Shown here: positions 1 to 9,906 of the stretch, one piece after another
Layout: every line of letters starts with the position of its first letter
Numbering within the stretch: position 1 is the stretch's first letter
Source of the DNA: a virus
Taxonomy: Duplodnaviria > Caudoviricetes
Reading direction: 5' to 3' (one strand)
Length of the DNA: 64,000 nt
IMG/VR virus record: IMGVR_UViG_3300028048_000002
Location: 64,001-128,000 of that record
Made by a program: the position numbers and the translations under genes
The notes under the pieces: generated by a model
What the model saw: the letters and a program-made list of their open reading frames with translations, nothing else
The model's database searches: none
Told to the model about the DNA's origin: nothing

Positions 1-1029
1 GTAGACGCTCGTTGCCGTGCTGACGTTCGTCGCGCTGTTGGTCACGTAGTCGCCCACGTGCAATACCTCGCAGAACGCGGCTGGGTCGCCCACGTCATAC
101 GTCCGCTCGCCGTTGGCGGTCACTATGGAGCCGAGTCGGTTCCACACGTCGTTCCCATTGGCGTCGTACCCATGCGACTCGAAAGACGCCATGCGCCGCC
201 CGTCCGCAGCCTGCCTGAGCAGCAGGCGCGAGACCTGCCTGTCGTCCGAGTCCATCATGCGAACGACTCGCGAGACGTTCGCACCCATTGACGGGACACC
301 GCCATAGCTGGCATCGAGGCGCGAGTCGTGCATGCTGATGTGCTTGTCATCCGTGGTCAGGTCGAGCTCGCCGCCGATTGTGGCGTCTCCCGTCACGTTC
401 AATGTGCCACCTAAAGTAGCATTTCCGTCAACTTCAAATCTTTTTGTACCTCCAGAATCTATAGATAATTTTAATGTAGAATATACATCACTTCCAGAAA
501 TTTCTCGTTTAGCTCCCATCGCCATAATAACTTTATCATTAGCTGTATATTGTATATGTAAATATCCTACAGTAGTTCCTTGAGAATCTTCGAAGCCACC
601 TATTTTACCATATTGTATTTCTGACGGAACAGTACCAATAGTTATATTATCTGCAACAACTGGAAATGCAGAATCACCTTCTAGCGTCTCAGCCCATGTT
701 CCATCATTTCGCAAAAACGTTGATGTAGATGTTCCAAATGCAATTCCGCTACGTTTCACCGCATTATTACTCGATGCATCTATTATAACTAATTTATCAC
801 CACTTGCAACAGTCGTATCACTTCCTATTGTTCCAGTACTAGAAATAGAACCATGTGAATGCGATGATGATGCATATCCACTATGTGTATGATTACCTAG
901 TGGTACAGTTGTACTTGTACTTCCAATAGGTAAATCGTAAATTGTATGTTGATGAGAGATTGAAGCAAACCTCAATTTAAGGTCCGCACATACACGAGTG
1001 ATAATTCCTGCAAGATCTAAATCTGCCAT
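1..1029 (-). CDS. Tail fibre protein (partial, runs off window start)
   Basis: Manual translation from ATG 1029: MADLDLAGIITRVCADLK..., HQH/HTH/HSH fibre motifs, open frame to position 1; distal ~400 nt GC-rich; adjacent to other fibre genes. Confidence 0.75.
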   Translation of the reverse strand, partial: MADLDLAGIITRVCADLKLRFASISHQHTIYDLPIGSTSTTVPLGNHTHSGYASSSHSHGSISSTGTIGSDTTVASGDKLVIIDASSNNAVKRSGIAFGTSTSTFLRNDGTWAETLEGDSAFPVVADNITIGTVPSEIQYGKIGGFEDSQGTTVGYLHIQYTANDKVIMAMGAKREISGSDVYSTLKLSIDSGGTKRFEVDGNATLGGTLNVTGDATIGGELDLTTDDKHISMHDSRLDASYGGVPSMGANVSRVVRMMDSDDRQVSRLLLRQAADGRRMASFESHGYDANGNDVWNRLGSIVTANGERTYDVGDPAAFCEVLHVGDYVTNSATNVSTATSVY

Positions 1030-1038
1030 AAATTTTCC

Positions 1039-2586
1039 TTAATCGCCATAATCAATTCCATCATATGTTATTGTACCATTACCTGTAATAGTGTATAAAT
1101 CTTCAACAAATATTGTTTGCCCATCAAAAGCCACTCCACCAGAACATGTAATATTTGAAGAAGTATATGACGCACCCCAACGACCATCTATTAATATTGC
1201 AAGTTTTTCATATACATCAGATTCAAATACAACAATTGTACTACCTGTTGGAGTTGATATTCCCCCAATAGGTGAACCGATTATTGATCCATTTGAATAT
1301 CCGTATATTGAACAGCTACGAAAATCATCTGGAGATATAGGATTAATTAAAGAAACTGTAACTCTTGCCCCGGGAAATGCTGCATCTACAGCATTATCTA
1401 CTTCAGCATCAGTCATACTGACAGAACCACCTACAGTCATATCGCCACTTCCAAGAAGCGATGATCCATTGATTGTCTTGATGTTTGTCCCACTCACGAG
1501 CGTTGCCTGTCTGCTCGTATCTGTTGGGTGTACGTGGTCTTCGCGTGCATACTTCGCGCTGCTGCCCACCGCCGCAGTGCCGTCCATGCTCGGTGTTGCC
1601 GTAGCTGGATCTACACTACTAGAAGGCTCTGACCCTGTCCAAATACGAATACCTGTTCCGTCATGCCAATACACAGGATGCTCTATTTGCAACTCCATGG
1701 ATGTAGCTGAATATGCAGTTCCTAAATGAATGTAAATTTTACCATCTTTAGAGCTTGGCAAGGATTGAACAATATCATTCATTAAAGCACTACCATCAGA
1801 TTGTGGAGTACACCTAAGATATACAGAATCAGCTGCAGTCAAAGAAAACCCAGAGGCCATATAAGAATATCCGATACTACAAGTATACTGTTGCCAGATA
1901 CCTGTTGCACCTAAACCTGTACCAGATGTACAAGTACCATTAGTAGCACGATAAACTATTGGACCAAACGGATCAATTGGACGAGTATTTAACGTTCTGT
2001 TACTTGTAGCATTTGTAGACGTAGAAGTATTTATAGGAACCCATTTAGAACCATCCGAACTTGTAAGCCAAATACGGTACTTATACCCTGTATCACTAGC
2101 AACTTTATTACTGCTATTAGTTCTAAGCTGATACCCAATAGTATTAGTATTTGAATCATACCCTCTATAAATCCACCATCCACCCGCATTGGAGTCTAAA
2201 GTAGAATCATAGATAAACATCATAGTATATGCAGTGTTAAAAATTGTAGACTCTTGAGTTGCATTTGTTAAATTACTGTAACACTTTTTAGCTCCTAAGT
2301 TATTTATATTCACTGTAAACCCAGAAGCGCTTGTAACTACACCATTATGTAAAATGATACATGTTCCGTCTACTAATTGATCTAATCCAGAAACAGAAGC
2401 TGTGTATGCTGTAGAAGTGCTAGTATTATCTACTGTTCCATACAAAAGAGCATTTGATTTATTTGCATTTCCTTGATATCCTTGGGCATAATCTGAATCT
2501 GCTTGAGTCTTAAAAGCTGAGATTAGATTTTTTATTTTTAACCATACTTCAGCTAAAGAAGTTGGACCCAAATATTTATCTGTCAT
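1039..2586 (-). CDS. Tail fibre-associated protein
   Basis: Thr/Ser/Gly-rich; TVNINNLGAK and YAREDHVHPTDTSR / LVSGTNIKTING fibre motifs; N-terminus paralogous to 2596..4995. Confidence 0.75.
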   Translation of the reverse strand: MTDKYLGPTSLAEVWLKIKNLISAFKTQADSDYAQGYQGNANKSNALLYGTVDNTSTSTAYTASVSGLDQLVDGTCIILHNGVVTSASGFTVNINNLGAKKCYSNLTNATQESTIFNTAYTMMFIYDSTLDSNAGGWWIYRGYDSNTNTIGYQLRTNSSNKVASDTGYKYRIWLTSSDGSKWVPINTSTSTNATSNRTLNTRPIDPFGPIVYRATNGTCTSGTGLGATGIWQQYTCSIGYSYMASGFSLTAADSVYLRCTPQSDGSALMNDIVQSLPSSKDGKIYIHLGTAYSATSMELQIEHPVYWHDGTGIRIWTGSEPSSSVDPATATPSMDGTAAVGSSAKYAREDHVHPTDTSRQATLVSGTNIKTINGSSLLGSGDMTVGGSVSMTDAEVDNAVDAAFPGARVTVSLINPISPDDFRSCSIYGYSNGSIIGSPIGGISTPTGSTIVVFESDVYEKLAILIDGRWGASYTSSNITCSGGVAFDGQTIFVEDLYTITGNGTITYDGIDYGD

Positions 2587-2595
2587 AAAATCCCC

Positions 2596-4995
2596 TTAAA
2601 CACAGATAGCATCTACTTCTGCAGCTGTTAATTCTAGCATTGCATCTTGTTTTGCATTTAATTGAGTAATTGTAGCATACCCAGAAAGATCAATATCCGT
2701 TGTACCTATTTTTTCAAACGAACCGGTACTTCCTGATGTAATCCAAATATACTCATCATAAACATTTGACCCACTACCATTATTGCTTATAAGGTATATA
2801 GTGCCTTTAACCCCAGAAGCAGGTAAAGATTCAACAATTTGAAAATCTATTCCAGTAATTTGCGATATTTCACTAGCTATTTCAGCTATTACGAATGCTG
2901 TAGTAGCAATTTGTGTAGTATTTGTACCAACCGCAGCTGTGGGTGCAGTTGGAGTACCTGTGAGCTCTGGGCTTGCCTTCGGCGCTGCCGCTGCCGCGAG
3001 CTTGTAGGCCATCTGCTGAAGGTAGCCGCTGCCCATGTGCACCCACAGCGAGCCGTCGTACGTGAAGATGAGCGTCTCGTATGCGCCCCACGAATTGTAG
3101 GTAGTGCCGTTGTTTATGGTAGACGTAGTTGCACCCGACGGGATGGCGATGTTCTTAGCACCAGTGGAATTGACATTGAGGGTCGGCGAGGCGGCGCTGT
3201 TGCCATACTGGAACTGCACGGCCACCATGACGCCGGCCGCGAGGGCGAAGTCGGTGCTGTCATCCAGCGTCGCGACCTTCGCGGCAGTGCTGGTAGCTGT
3301 GGTGCACTTGGCGGTATAAAGCTTCGACTTCAGGCTCTTGGTCGCATTGGCTTCGATGCCCTCCAACTTGGAGTAGTGAGCTGCTGACATGGAACCTTGT
3401 TGAGAGGCTGTTGCGGATTTAACGTCAAGTAAGACGATGCCGCTCATTGCGCTTACCGTCATCGCTGATGTCGCACTTGCTGGCTCGATGGTTATTGAAC
3501 CGTTGCTATCAGTTGCCGTGAAGCTCTCTCCATCACCATTGTCCAGCTCGAAGAAGCCGAAGTTCGCTCCCGAGTCGATGCCGTTCAGCTTGGTCTTGTC
3601 CGCTGCGGTCATCAACCCGTGGGCGCTCGTGGTGGCGTCAGAATACGTGGTGTCCGTGGCTGCGATTGTAACCTTGTCGTTCGTTGCATCGGGTGTCAGC
3701 GTCACGTTGGAGCCAGCTACCAGTTCCAGAGTGTCAGTCTTTGCGTCCGCTGCAACAGTGGTGCTACCTACCTTCACATTGGAGAAGGCATTTTGGTTAA
3801 CCTCTGCACCAGTTGCAATTCCATTGAGCTTAGTCTTATCAGCACCTGACATTAAGCCACTTGCACCGCCCGCTACTACATCTGAATACGTAGTATCTGT
3901 AGCAGCGATAGTAATTTTGTCGTTTGTATCGTCGGGTGTTAATGTTATATTAGAACCGGCATATAATTCTAAAGTATCTTGCTTAGTATCAGCTGCAACT
4001 GTTGTATTTCCTACCTTTACATTGCTAAAAGCATTCTGATTTACTTCAGCACCTTCTGCTATTCCATTTAGCTTCGTTTTATCATCAGAACTCATTAAAC
4101 CTGCAGCAGTTGTTGAGGCTTCTATACTAGGAATAGTAACAGTATGTTCTGAAAAAGCAGTCAAGTGCCCTGTAGCATTTACTGTACCTGACAAAGCTTT
4201 AAACGTCCCGCCAAACCCTGGAGTTTGATTTGTGGTATCACCTTTAGAAGCAGCTGTAACTCCGGAAGTAGCATGACTTAATGCGACAGAACCAGAAGTA
4301 CCTGAACCAGATAACGGAGAAGTTGTAGTTATTCCTGTTATTGTACCTACATTATTTGTAGCTGTAGTAGCAATAGTTATTTTATCTTCTGTTGCATCTG
4401 GGGTTATAGTAATTAAGTTTCCAGCAACAATTTCTAAGGTATCTTCTTTAGCATCGGCTTCTATTGTAGTTGTACCACTTTTGATTTTACTGAAAGCATT
4501 CTGGTTTACTTCAGCTCCAGTAGCTATACCATTCAACTTAGTTTTATCTGAACCTGTCATTAAACCTGACGTAGCACTGCCTGCTACAACATCACTATAC
4601 GTGGTATCTGTTGCTGCAATAGTTATTTGATCATTTGTAGCATCAGGTGTTAAAGCTACGTTAGCACCTGCTACAAACGTTAAAGTATCACTTACAGCAT
4701 CTGCTTGAATGTTAGTAGAGCCAATAGTTATATTAGAAAAAGCGTTCTGATTAGGTTGAGCTCCACTAGTAATTCCGTTTAATTTAGATTTATCATCAGC
4801 ACTTAAAGCACCAGCAGCAGTTGTAGTAGCAGCTGGAAAAGTAGCCGCACTTCCTAAATTTTCCCCACTTGCGTTTTTAAGCTGTAAACTAACTGTAGTT
4901 GTAGTTGTAGATACTCCAATACTTCTACCAAAATTGGCTTTAATCTTGGACCATACTTCAGCAAGAGCATTTGAACCAACATATTTATCTGTCAT
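2596..4995 (-). CDS. Tail/head fibre protein with ~80-aa internal repeats
   Basis: Repeated DKTKLNGIAxGAEVNQNAFS...DTLELVAG..TPDATNDKITIA units; TGTPTAPTA..TTQIATTAFV fibre motif; C-terminal YDEYIW..FEKIG. Confidence 0.8.
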   Translation of the reverse strand: MTDKYVGSNALAEVWSKIKANFGRSIGVSTTTTTVSLQLKNASGENLGSAATFPAATTTAAGALSADDKSKLNGITSGAQPNQNAFSNITIGSTNIQADAVSDTLTFVAGANVALTPDATNDQITIAATDTTYSDVVAGSATSGLMTGSDKTKLNGIATGAEVNQNAFSKIKSGTTTIEADAKEDTLEIVAGNLITITPDATEDKITIATTATNNVGTITGITTTSPLSGSGTSGSVALSHATSGVTAASKGDTTNQTPGFGGTFKALSGTVNATGHLTAFSEHTVTIPSIEASTTAAGLMSSDDKTKLNGIAEGAEVNQNAFSNVKVGNTTVAADTKQDTLELYAGSNITLTPDDTNDKITIAATDTTYSDVVAGGASGLMSGADKTKLNGIATGAEVNQNAFSNVKVGSTTVAADAKTDTLELVAGSNVTLTPDATNDKVTIAATDTTYSDATTSAHGLMTAADKTKLNGIDSGANFGFFELDNGDGESFTATDSNGSITIEPASATSAMTVSAMSGIVLLDVKSATASQQGSMSAAHYSKLEGIEANATKSLKSKLYTAKCTTATSTAAKVATLDDSTDFALAAGVMVAVQFQYGNSAASPTLNVNSTGAKNIAIPSGATTSTINNGTTYNSWGAYETLIFTYDGSLWVHMGSGYLQQMAYKLAAAAAPKASPELTGTPTAPTAAVGTNTTQIATTAFVIAEIASEISQITGIDFQIVESLPASGVKGTIYLISNNGSGSNVYDEYIWITSGSTGSFEKIGTTDIDLSGYATITQLNAKQDAMLELTAAEVDAICV

Positions 4996-5060
4996 ATAAA
5001 TACCTCCAACGGATGTAGAAATCTAAATTCATTAAAGGTGATAATATGAAAATAAATGAT

Positions 5061-5321
5061 TCAACACATAGTATGATTCCAAAAATCAAGCAATAACTTC
5101 CTATGTAAAATTCCACGATCATAAGGAGAAAATTCAACCTGAATAACTTTATTATTCAATGTAGATAATTGTTTTTCAGCAAAGAACTTACTAGTCCAAT
5201 TACTAATTGTTCCTACAGGAATTTTAAGTTGTTTTGAAATATCTAAAGATGTTTCTCCTGCAAGTATTCTATTGATGGCTTCAGTTCTAATTTCTTCAGA
5301 ATATATGTAATTTCTACCCAT
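5061..5321 (-). CDS. Helix-turn-helix DNA-binding protein
   Basis: YSEEIRTEAI..GETSLDISKQLKIPVGTISNW transposase/TerS-type HTH pattern. Confidence 0.6.
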   Translation of the reverse strand: MGRNYIYSEEIRTEAINRILAGETSLDISKQLKIPVGTISNWTSKFFAEKQLSTLNNKVIQVEFSPYDRGILHRKLLLDFWNHTMC

Positions 5322-5467
5322 AACAATAAATTAGTGTTACAAAATAATAGATTCCATAAAATAAAATTTTACAGAATCTATTAACGAAATGAAATATAAC
5401 TTGTAATTTAAATAGTTGATATTATGGTAACTTTATATTGAATGACTTTGAAGCTCTTACATAGCAG

Positions 5468-5758
5468 TTAATAATCATATCCAAGTCTTTTATGATACTT
5501 AAGATAAGCATCAATGTCAGCTTTAAGCTCAGCTAAATTATAAGAATGACCACTTACTGTCTCTTGCAATTCATCATCTTCATCCGGATCCATCGACCAC
5601 CAATAAGATACTCCATCAATATCTCTATCTTTATACAACTCCGTCAATCTAACTTGTTGATATTTTGGAAGATTTTTAGCTACAGATTGATCTACATCAG
5701 GATTAGATGAAACTTGTATAGGTTTCCTACCTCTAGCAGCTTTGATAACTCGTTTCAT
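5468..5758 (-). CDS. MKRYIK-leader family protein (MKRVIKAA)
   Basis: Start reassigned to ATG 5758 behind GAAGGA; leader variant. Confidence 0.7.
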   Translation of the reverse strand: MKRVIKAARGRKPIQVSSNPDVDQSVAKNLPKYQQVRLTELYKDRDIDGVSYWWSMDPDEDDELQETVSGHSYNLAELKADIDAYLKYHKRLGYDY

Positions 5759-5762
5759 AATT

Positions 5763-6044
5763 CTATCCTTCATATAGTAACAAACCGTTTTTATGATCTA
5801 TATATCCAGAATCTTCGAGACTTTGCATGATGTCTTCATAAAGTTTATCTTCAAGCGCCTCTGTAAGAGTTGCATGAGTAGTGTAAAAATAATCTTGAAT
5901 TTGAGCATAAGTTTCAGATACTACATCATCATAACTAAAAGCTTCTCCACTTTCAATAAAATCTATAGTATTACTTAATGCTTCTTAATAACAAGCATCA
6001 TATACAGATTCGTTTAAACTGCTAGATTTAATATATCGTTTCAT
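5763..6044 (-). pseudogene. MKRYIK-leader gene with in-frame TAA at codon 20
   Basis: MKRYIKSSSLNESVYDACY*EALSNTIDF...LEDSGYIDHK; TAA at 5985-5987; body resembles the C-terminal domain of 6341..6796. Confidence 0.7.
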
Positions 6045-6071
6045 ACCGCACCTCTAATATCTATAATTTTA

Positions 6072-6287
6072 TTAATATTGTTTATCTATCATATCCTCGT
6101 AACAAGCTGAAGTGAGTTCTTCTAGAAAATCAGCAGTTTTATCATCCCAACCACTTGAACCACTAAACCATTCAAGACATTCAACTAAAAGACGACCATA
6201 ATCTTCATAAGTTGTGCAAATTTCGATGATAGTGTCATACATATCACCATCATATTCTTCTACTACTTTATCAAGCATTCCACGCAT
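6072..6287 (-). CDS. Small acidic hypothetical protein
   Basis: ORF with AAGGAG RBS. Confidence 0.6.
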   Translation of the reverse strand: MRGMLDKVVEEYDGDMYDTIIEICTTYEDYGRLLVECLEWFSGSSGWDDKTADFLEELTSACYEDMIDKQY

Positions 6288-6340
6288 TATACTTCTCCTT
6301 AATAAGAATGTAACAACAACTTAAAAATGATATAATCTTT

Positions 6341-6796
6341 CTAGTTAATATATCCTTCAAGTTCTAGTTGATCTAATACAGCATCTTCTATTTCATCCAT
6401 GTCATCAATATCTAGGTGCCCTGCAACTTTTGCAACTTGAGCATAAACTTCATGCCGTATTTCATATTCATCTGCAATATCACCGTAATCGATAGCAGAA
6501 GAAACATTAAGCACAATTTCTTCAATAAGCTGCTGTTTATTCATTGTTTCGTAATAGGTGGATGCTTTAACAGCTTTACCTTTACTTTTAAGATAATCGT
6601 AGTACTTAATAATATCTACAATACTCTTAAAATCAGAATCAGAAATAGTAGGACTGTTATTGTATTCTTGCCACCATGTAAGGATATCATTTGGATCAAG
6701 AGACAATATACCAGCATCATACGCTTCACAAACATGATTTCGGAATTGTGAATCCCACCAACGTGGCTTTCTAGCACATGCAATATATCTTTTCAT
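6341..6796 (-). CDS. MKRYIK-leader family protein (MKRYIACA) with internal VKAS motif
   Basis: Leader variant; two apparent domains separated by KAVKAS. Confidence 0.7.
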   Translation of the reverse strand: MKRYIACARKPRWWDSQFRNHVCEAYDAGILSLDPNDILTWWQEYNNSPTISDSDFKSIVDIIKYYDYLKSKGKAVKASTYYETMNKQQLIEEIVLNVSSAIDYGDIADEYEIRHEVYAQVAKVAGHLDIDDMDEIEDAVLDQLELEGYIN

Positions 6797-6814
6797 AAGT
6801 ATTATCCCCTTTAG

Positions 6815-7078
6815 CTAAAACAAAGATTCATCATCTTCCGCATCATATTCATATGCTGCTTCTTCAAGTTCCTCAGCTGCACGAACAAGATTTTCTCCGA
6901 GAGTTCCGATGTAATTTGCAAGCTCAGTATACGTAGAACAATATGTATATGCACCTCTTACACAGGTTTTAAGTTCGTAAGAAAGATTGTATATATCATC
7001 AAGAACTTCAAAAACTTGATCTAAATACTCTTCATCCCAACCTTCAAGGGAATTTGAAGCTTTAATTGACCTTTTCAT
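6815..7078 (-). CDS. MKRYIK-leader family protein (MKRSIKAS)
   Basis: Leader plus acidic body, AGGAG RBS. Confidence 0.7.
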   Translation of the reverse strand: MKRSIKASNSLEGWDEEYLDQVFEVLDDIYNLSYELKTCVRGAYTYCSTYTELANYIGTLGENLVRAAEELEEAAYEYDAEDDESLF

Positions 7079-7124
7079 ATTAACTCCTGTTTAAAAGACT
7101 TAAAACTTATAAGCGAATATAAGA

Positions 7125-7319
7125 TTAAACGCTAATGTATGCATTGTAATTAAGCGATTTGCAGAAAACCTGACATGAATCTGCTTCAACATCAGTAATG
7201 AGAATATCATGTCCACAGATACAAGTTATCGTGCAGTTCAAGGCATCTTCAAGAGATTCAATATCAGCATGAGTAGAACAATCATGATCACAAACAGGAC
7301 AATGGAAGTAAAATTTCAT
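7125..7319 (-). CDS. Small zinc-ribbon protein
   Basis: CPVC and CICG cysteine pairs, AGGAG RBS. Confidence 0.55.
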   Translation of the reverse strand: MKFYFHCPVCDHDCSTHADIESLEDALNCTITCICGHDILITDVEADSCQVFCKSLNYNAYISV

Positions 7320-7331
7320 ACCTGCTCCTTC

Positions 7332-7574
7332 CTACCAATACTCTATGCTAAGCTTTTCCCTAATCATAGACCACAAGACACATTCATCATCACCGTAGCT
7401 ACCATCAGGCCATTTCTTATTTGCAATCAGATCCAAAACATCTTCAATCTGCTCAAAGGAAAAAACTTGATCATTCTTGATAGCTTCTCGCCTATTATCA
7501 AACGTGGTCTTGCGCATATTGAACTCCTTAAAAATACATAAACAATGTTTGCTCAGATACTCCAAACTTTTCAC
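7332..7574 (-). CDS. Hypothetical protein (true start probably MRKTT)
   Basis: ORF track; AGGAG upstream of internal ATG. Confidence 0.5.
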   Translation of the reverse strand: MKSLEYLSKHCLCIFKEFNMRKTTFDNRREAIKNDQVFSFEQIEDVLDLIANKKWPDGSYGDDECVLWSMIREKLSIEYW

Positions 7575-7743
7575 AAAAGAACTTTACGCGTTTATCTAAT
7601 ACTTCAAGCCAATACTCTGCATTTTCCTTATCATAATCATTTCGATAAATGAAATAGTTAAACCAAGCTTGGCGAATGCTCTTGTTAGCCTTGATGAAAT
7701 TTTCTTCAATAGGAGCGTACAGATCTTCAAATTCTTCAGGCAT
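7528..7743 (-). CDS. Hypothetical protein
   Basis: ATG 7743 behind GGAAGGTGG. Confidence 0.55.
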   Translation of the reverse strand: MPEEFEDLYAPIEENFIKANKSIRQAWFNYFIYRNDYDKENAEYWLEVLDKRVKFFCEKFGVSEQTLFMYF

Positions 7744-7745
7744 TG

Positions 7746-8090
7746 TTAGACCACCTTCCACATCTTTTTAGGTTCAACACCTTGAGGCAGATAACTCCAC
7801 AAGAAATTAGGTTCTTCACAATTGAGAATAGCTTGAGCTTCATCGAGTTTATTTTCGCAAACAAGACGAATAACTTCACGAAGAGCTGCCAACTGGCAAT
7901 TAACAAGTTCTTGTTCTTTAGACAAATAAAACCCGCAGTAACGAGAGCAACCTTCGTAGCGATAAACAAAACCAGGGCTCTTAACTTTCCCACGACAATC
8001 CTTGGGAGGTGTGAGTTGCCCGCGCTTGAATACTTTATACAGAAGATTGCACTGCTTGCGGGTGAAGTAATCGTAACTGAGATAACTCAT
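7746..8090 (-). CDS. Hypothetical protein, probably early
   Basis: AGGAG RBS; directly downstream of a sigma70-type promoter. Confidence 0.6.
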   Translation of the reverse strand: MSYLSYDYFTRKQCNLLYKVFKRGQLTPPKDCRGKVKSPGFVYRYEGCSRYCGFYLSKEQELVNCQLAALREVIRLVCENKLDEAQAILNCEEPNFLWSYLPQGVEPKKMWKVV

Positions 8091-8130
8091 GATAGTCTCC
8101 TTTTGGATCTTTGATTTCTATCATGTAATT

Positions 8131-8159
8131 ATTGTATAGTAAGTTGTTGAAAAAGTCAA
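8131..8159 (-). promoter_or_regulatory. Host sigma70/sigmaA-type promoter
   Basis: TTGACT-N17-TACAAT. Confidence 0.75.
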
Positions 8160-8180
8160 TAGAAAGTTTACATTAATCTG

Positions 8181-8411
8181 CTAATACTCTAATAGTTCCT
8201 CAAACACTCTACGTGTAGCTTCTTGATAACTATCAGACGTTTCATAAGCATTTCCAAACATAACCTCTCCTAGATTTTGAATATTTTCATCATTTCTAAT
8301 ATCTTGAAGAGTCCTCCAATTTGAAAATTGATTATTTCTTATATCTAAAGCTCTATCAACAAAAGAATTAATACTGTCAAATTGATAGTTACTCCTAATA
8401 TAACGTTTCAT
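8181..8411 (-). CDS. MKRYIK-leader family protein (MKRYIRSN)
   Basis: Leader. Confidence 0.7.
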   Translation of the reverse strand: MKRYIRSNYQFDSINSFVDRALDIRNNQFSNWRTLQDIRNDENIQNLGEVMFGNAYETSDSYQEATRRVFEELLEY

Positions 8412-8414
8412 AAT

Positions 8415-8765
8415 CTACCTAACTTGCGGAATCAAATTGTCATCTAATTCATATGGGCCGTAAATAGTATACATCGTACCGTCATCTATAATGATGGTTT
8501 TGATGTGTTGTTTCTTAAACTTACTGAGGTCAATAGGTACTGTTTCATCTGCATAGAAATATTTGCCATCTTGATACTCTATATAGACTGAACCGTCCCC
8601 GCCGTATCCATCAACCCATGATTCTACACATTCAATCGCATATTGAAGAGCACGTTTTCTAGTAACTTCATCTACATGTGCTTCAAATTCACCATCAGTA
8701 TAAATCTTGAGTCCATCCTCTTCTCGCAACTCTAAGATATTTGATGAATTGATATATCGCTTCAT
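8415..8765 (-). CDS. MKRYIK-leader family protein (MKRYINSS)
   Basis: Leader at ATG 8765. Confidence 0.7.
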   Translation of the reverse strand: MKRYINSSNILELREEDGLKIYTDGEFEAHVDEVTRKRALQYAIECVESWVDGYGGDGSVYIEYQDGKYFYADETVPIDLSKFKKQHIKTIIIDDGTMYTIYGPYELDDNLIPQVR

Positions 8766-8850
8766 TACTTCTACCAATCTTAAATATGCTGCTTTTTATT
8801 ACAAGCTTTTCACTCATCTATTCATATATGAATGTTAGGAATTGATTACA

Positions 8851-9210
8851 TTATCTATATCCGTAATTTTCACGAGGTGGATTCCATTCATCTTCCACAG
8901 CCCTACGAACCTGTTCTTTTGTAGGCTCTTTAAAATTCCACCATTCATGAGAATTCAAATAATCTACCGCCTCCTGTGCAGTTTTAAATCCTCCAACACC
9001 TCCGGTATAACCTGAGGGATACGTAAAAGCTATAGAATAAGGATAATTACTAAATCCCATATATATCTTTATACGATATCCATCAATTTTCAACTCATAT
9101 TCAATGCAATGCTGTTCTGCATACTTAGTTTTAAAATCATACTCGTTTACATCAAACATATCAAGAGTCAATAACTTGGTAGAAGTAGCTGACTTTATAT
9201 ATCTTTTCAT
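8851..9210 (-). CDS. MKRYIK-leader family protein (MKRYIKSA)
   Basis: Leader. Confidence 0.7.
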   Translation of the reverse strand: MKRYIKSATSTKLLTLDMFDVNEYDFKTKYAEQHCIEYELKIDGYRIKIYMGFSNYPYSIAFTYPSGYTGGVGGFKTAQEAVDYLNSHEWWNFKEPTKEQVRRAVEDEWNPPRENYGYR

Positions 9211-9219
9211 GAAACTATC

Positions 9220-9591
9220 CTATCTTATGCTATTAGGAAAAATATGTTCATTATTTTTTAGGTGGAACCAAGCTCTCCCACAAAAATCTACTGCATCATA
9301 TGGTTCAAACATAAAATCTATGTCACCAGTATCTCTTTGTACTGCCGTTTCAAATCGTTTAAACAGATTCTTTACGAAAGAATATTCATAAAATTCAGAA
9401 GAACCTATATACTCATTGTAATCCGCTAACCAGATTAAAACAGAACCTTCTACACCATCATCTTCAACACGATAATGAAAATCACAATCATCAAAAAGTT
9501 CTAATTCCGTATTTTTAGAGTCTGCAATAGCTCGATCTAGATGAGGTAATCTCATTTTTAACTCTTTTGCAGCTTTTACATATCTTTTCAT
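9220..9591 (-). CDS. MKRYIK-leader family protein (MKRYVKAA)
   Basis: Leader. Confidence 0.7.
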   Translation of the reverse strand: MKRYVKAAKELKMRLPHLDRAIADSKNTELELFDDCDFHYRVEDDGVEGSVLIWLADYNEYIGSSEFYEYSFVKNLFKRFETAVQRDTGDIDFMFEPYDAVDFCGRAWFHLKNNEHIFPNSIR

Positions 9592-9639
9592 ATTAACGCC
9601 TTTCTTATTAATTTAAAATTTCAAACGATATTAAATTAA

Positions 9640-9852
9640 TCAACATCTAAAAAGAGAATATACAGCTTGCGCAAACCCTGATTTATATGCATTTGTTGCA
9701 GTTGCATAATCGGGATCTTTTAATGAAAGCTCATATATTCGTCTGCTACTATCATACATATATGTATCGCCTTTACTAAGGGTCATTGCTTTATCCCATC
9801 CAGCGTTAAATTCTGAATTGGTATCACGAGAAGATTTGATATAAATTTTCAT
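9640..9852 (-). CDS. MKRYIK-leader family protein (MKIYIKSS)
   Basis: Leader, AAGGAG RBS. Confidence 0.7.
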   Translation of the reverse strand: MKIYIKSSRDTNSEFNAGWDKAMTLSKGDTYMYDSSRRIYELSLKDPDYATATNAYKSGFAQAVYSLFRC

Positions 9853-9906
9853 ACTAACTACTCCTTACATAAATTTTATCTTAATTGGTATCCTATTTCA
9901 TAATTA

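Noticed and set aside
58-4039. Plus-strand ORFs over the fibre genes and similar antisense ORFs elsewhere
   Set aside because: Shadow frames of minus-strand genes with no RBS or recognisable motifs
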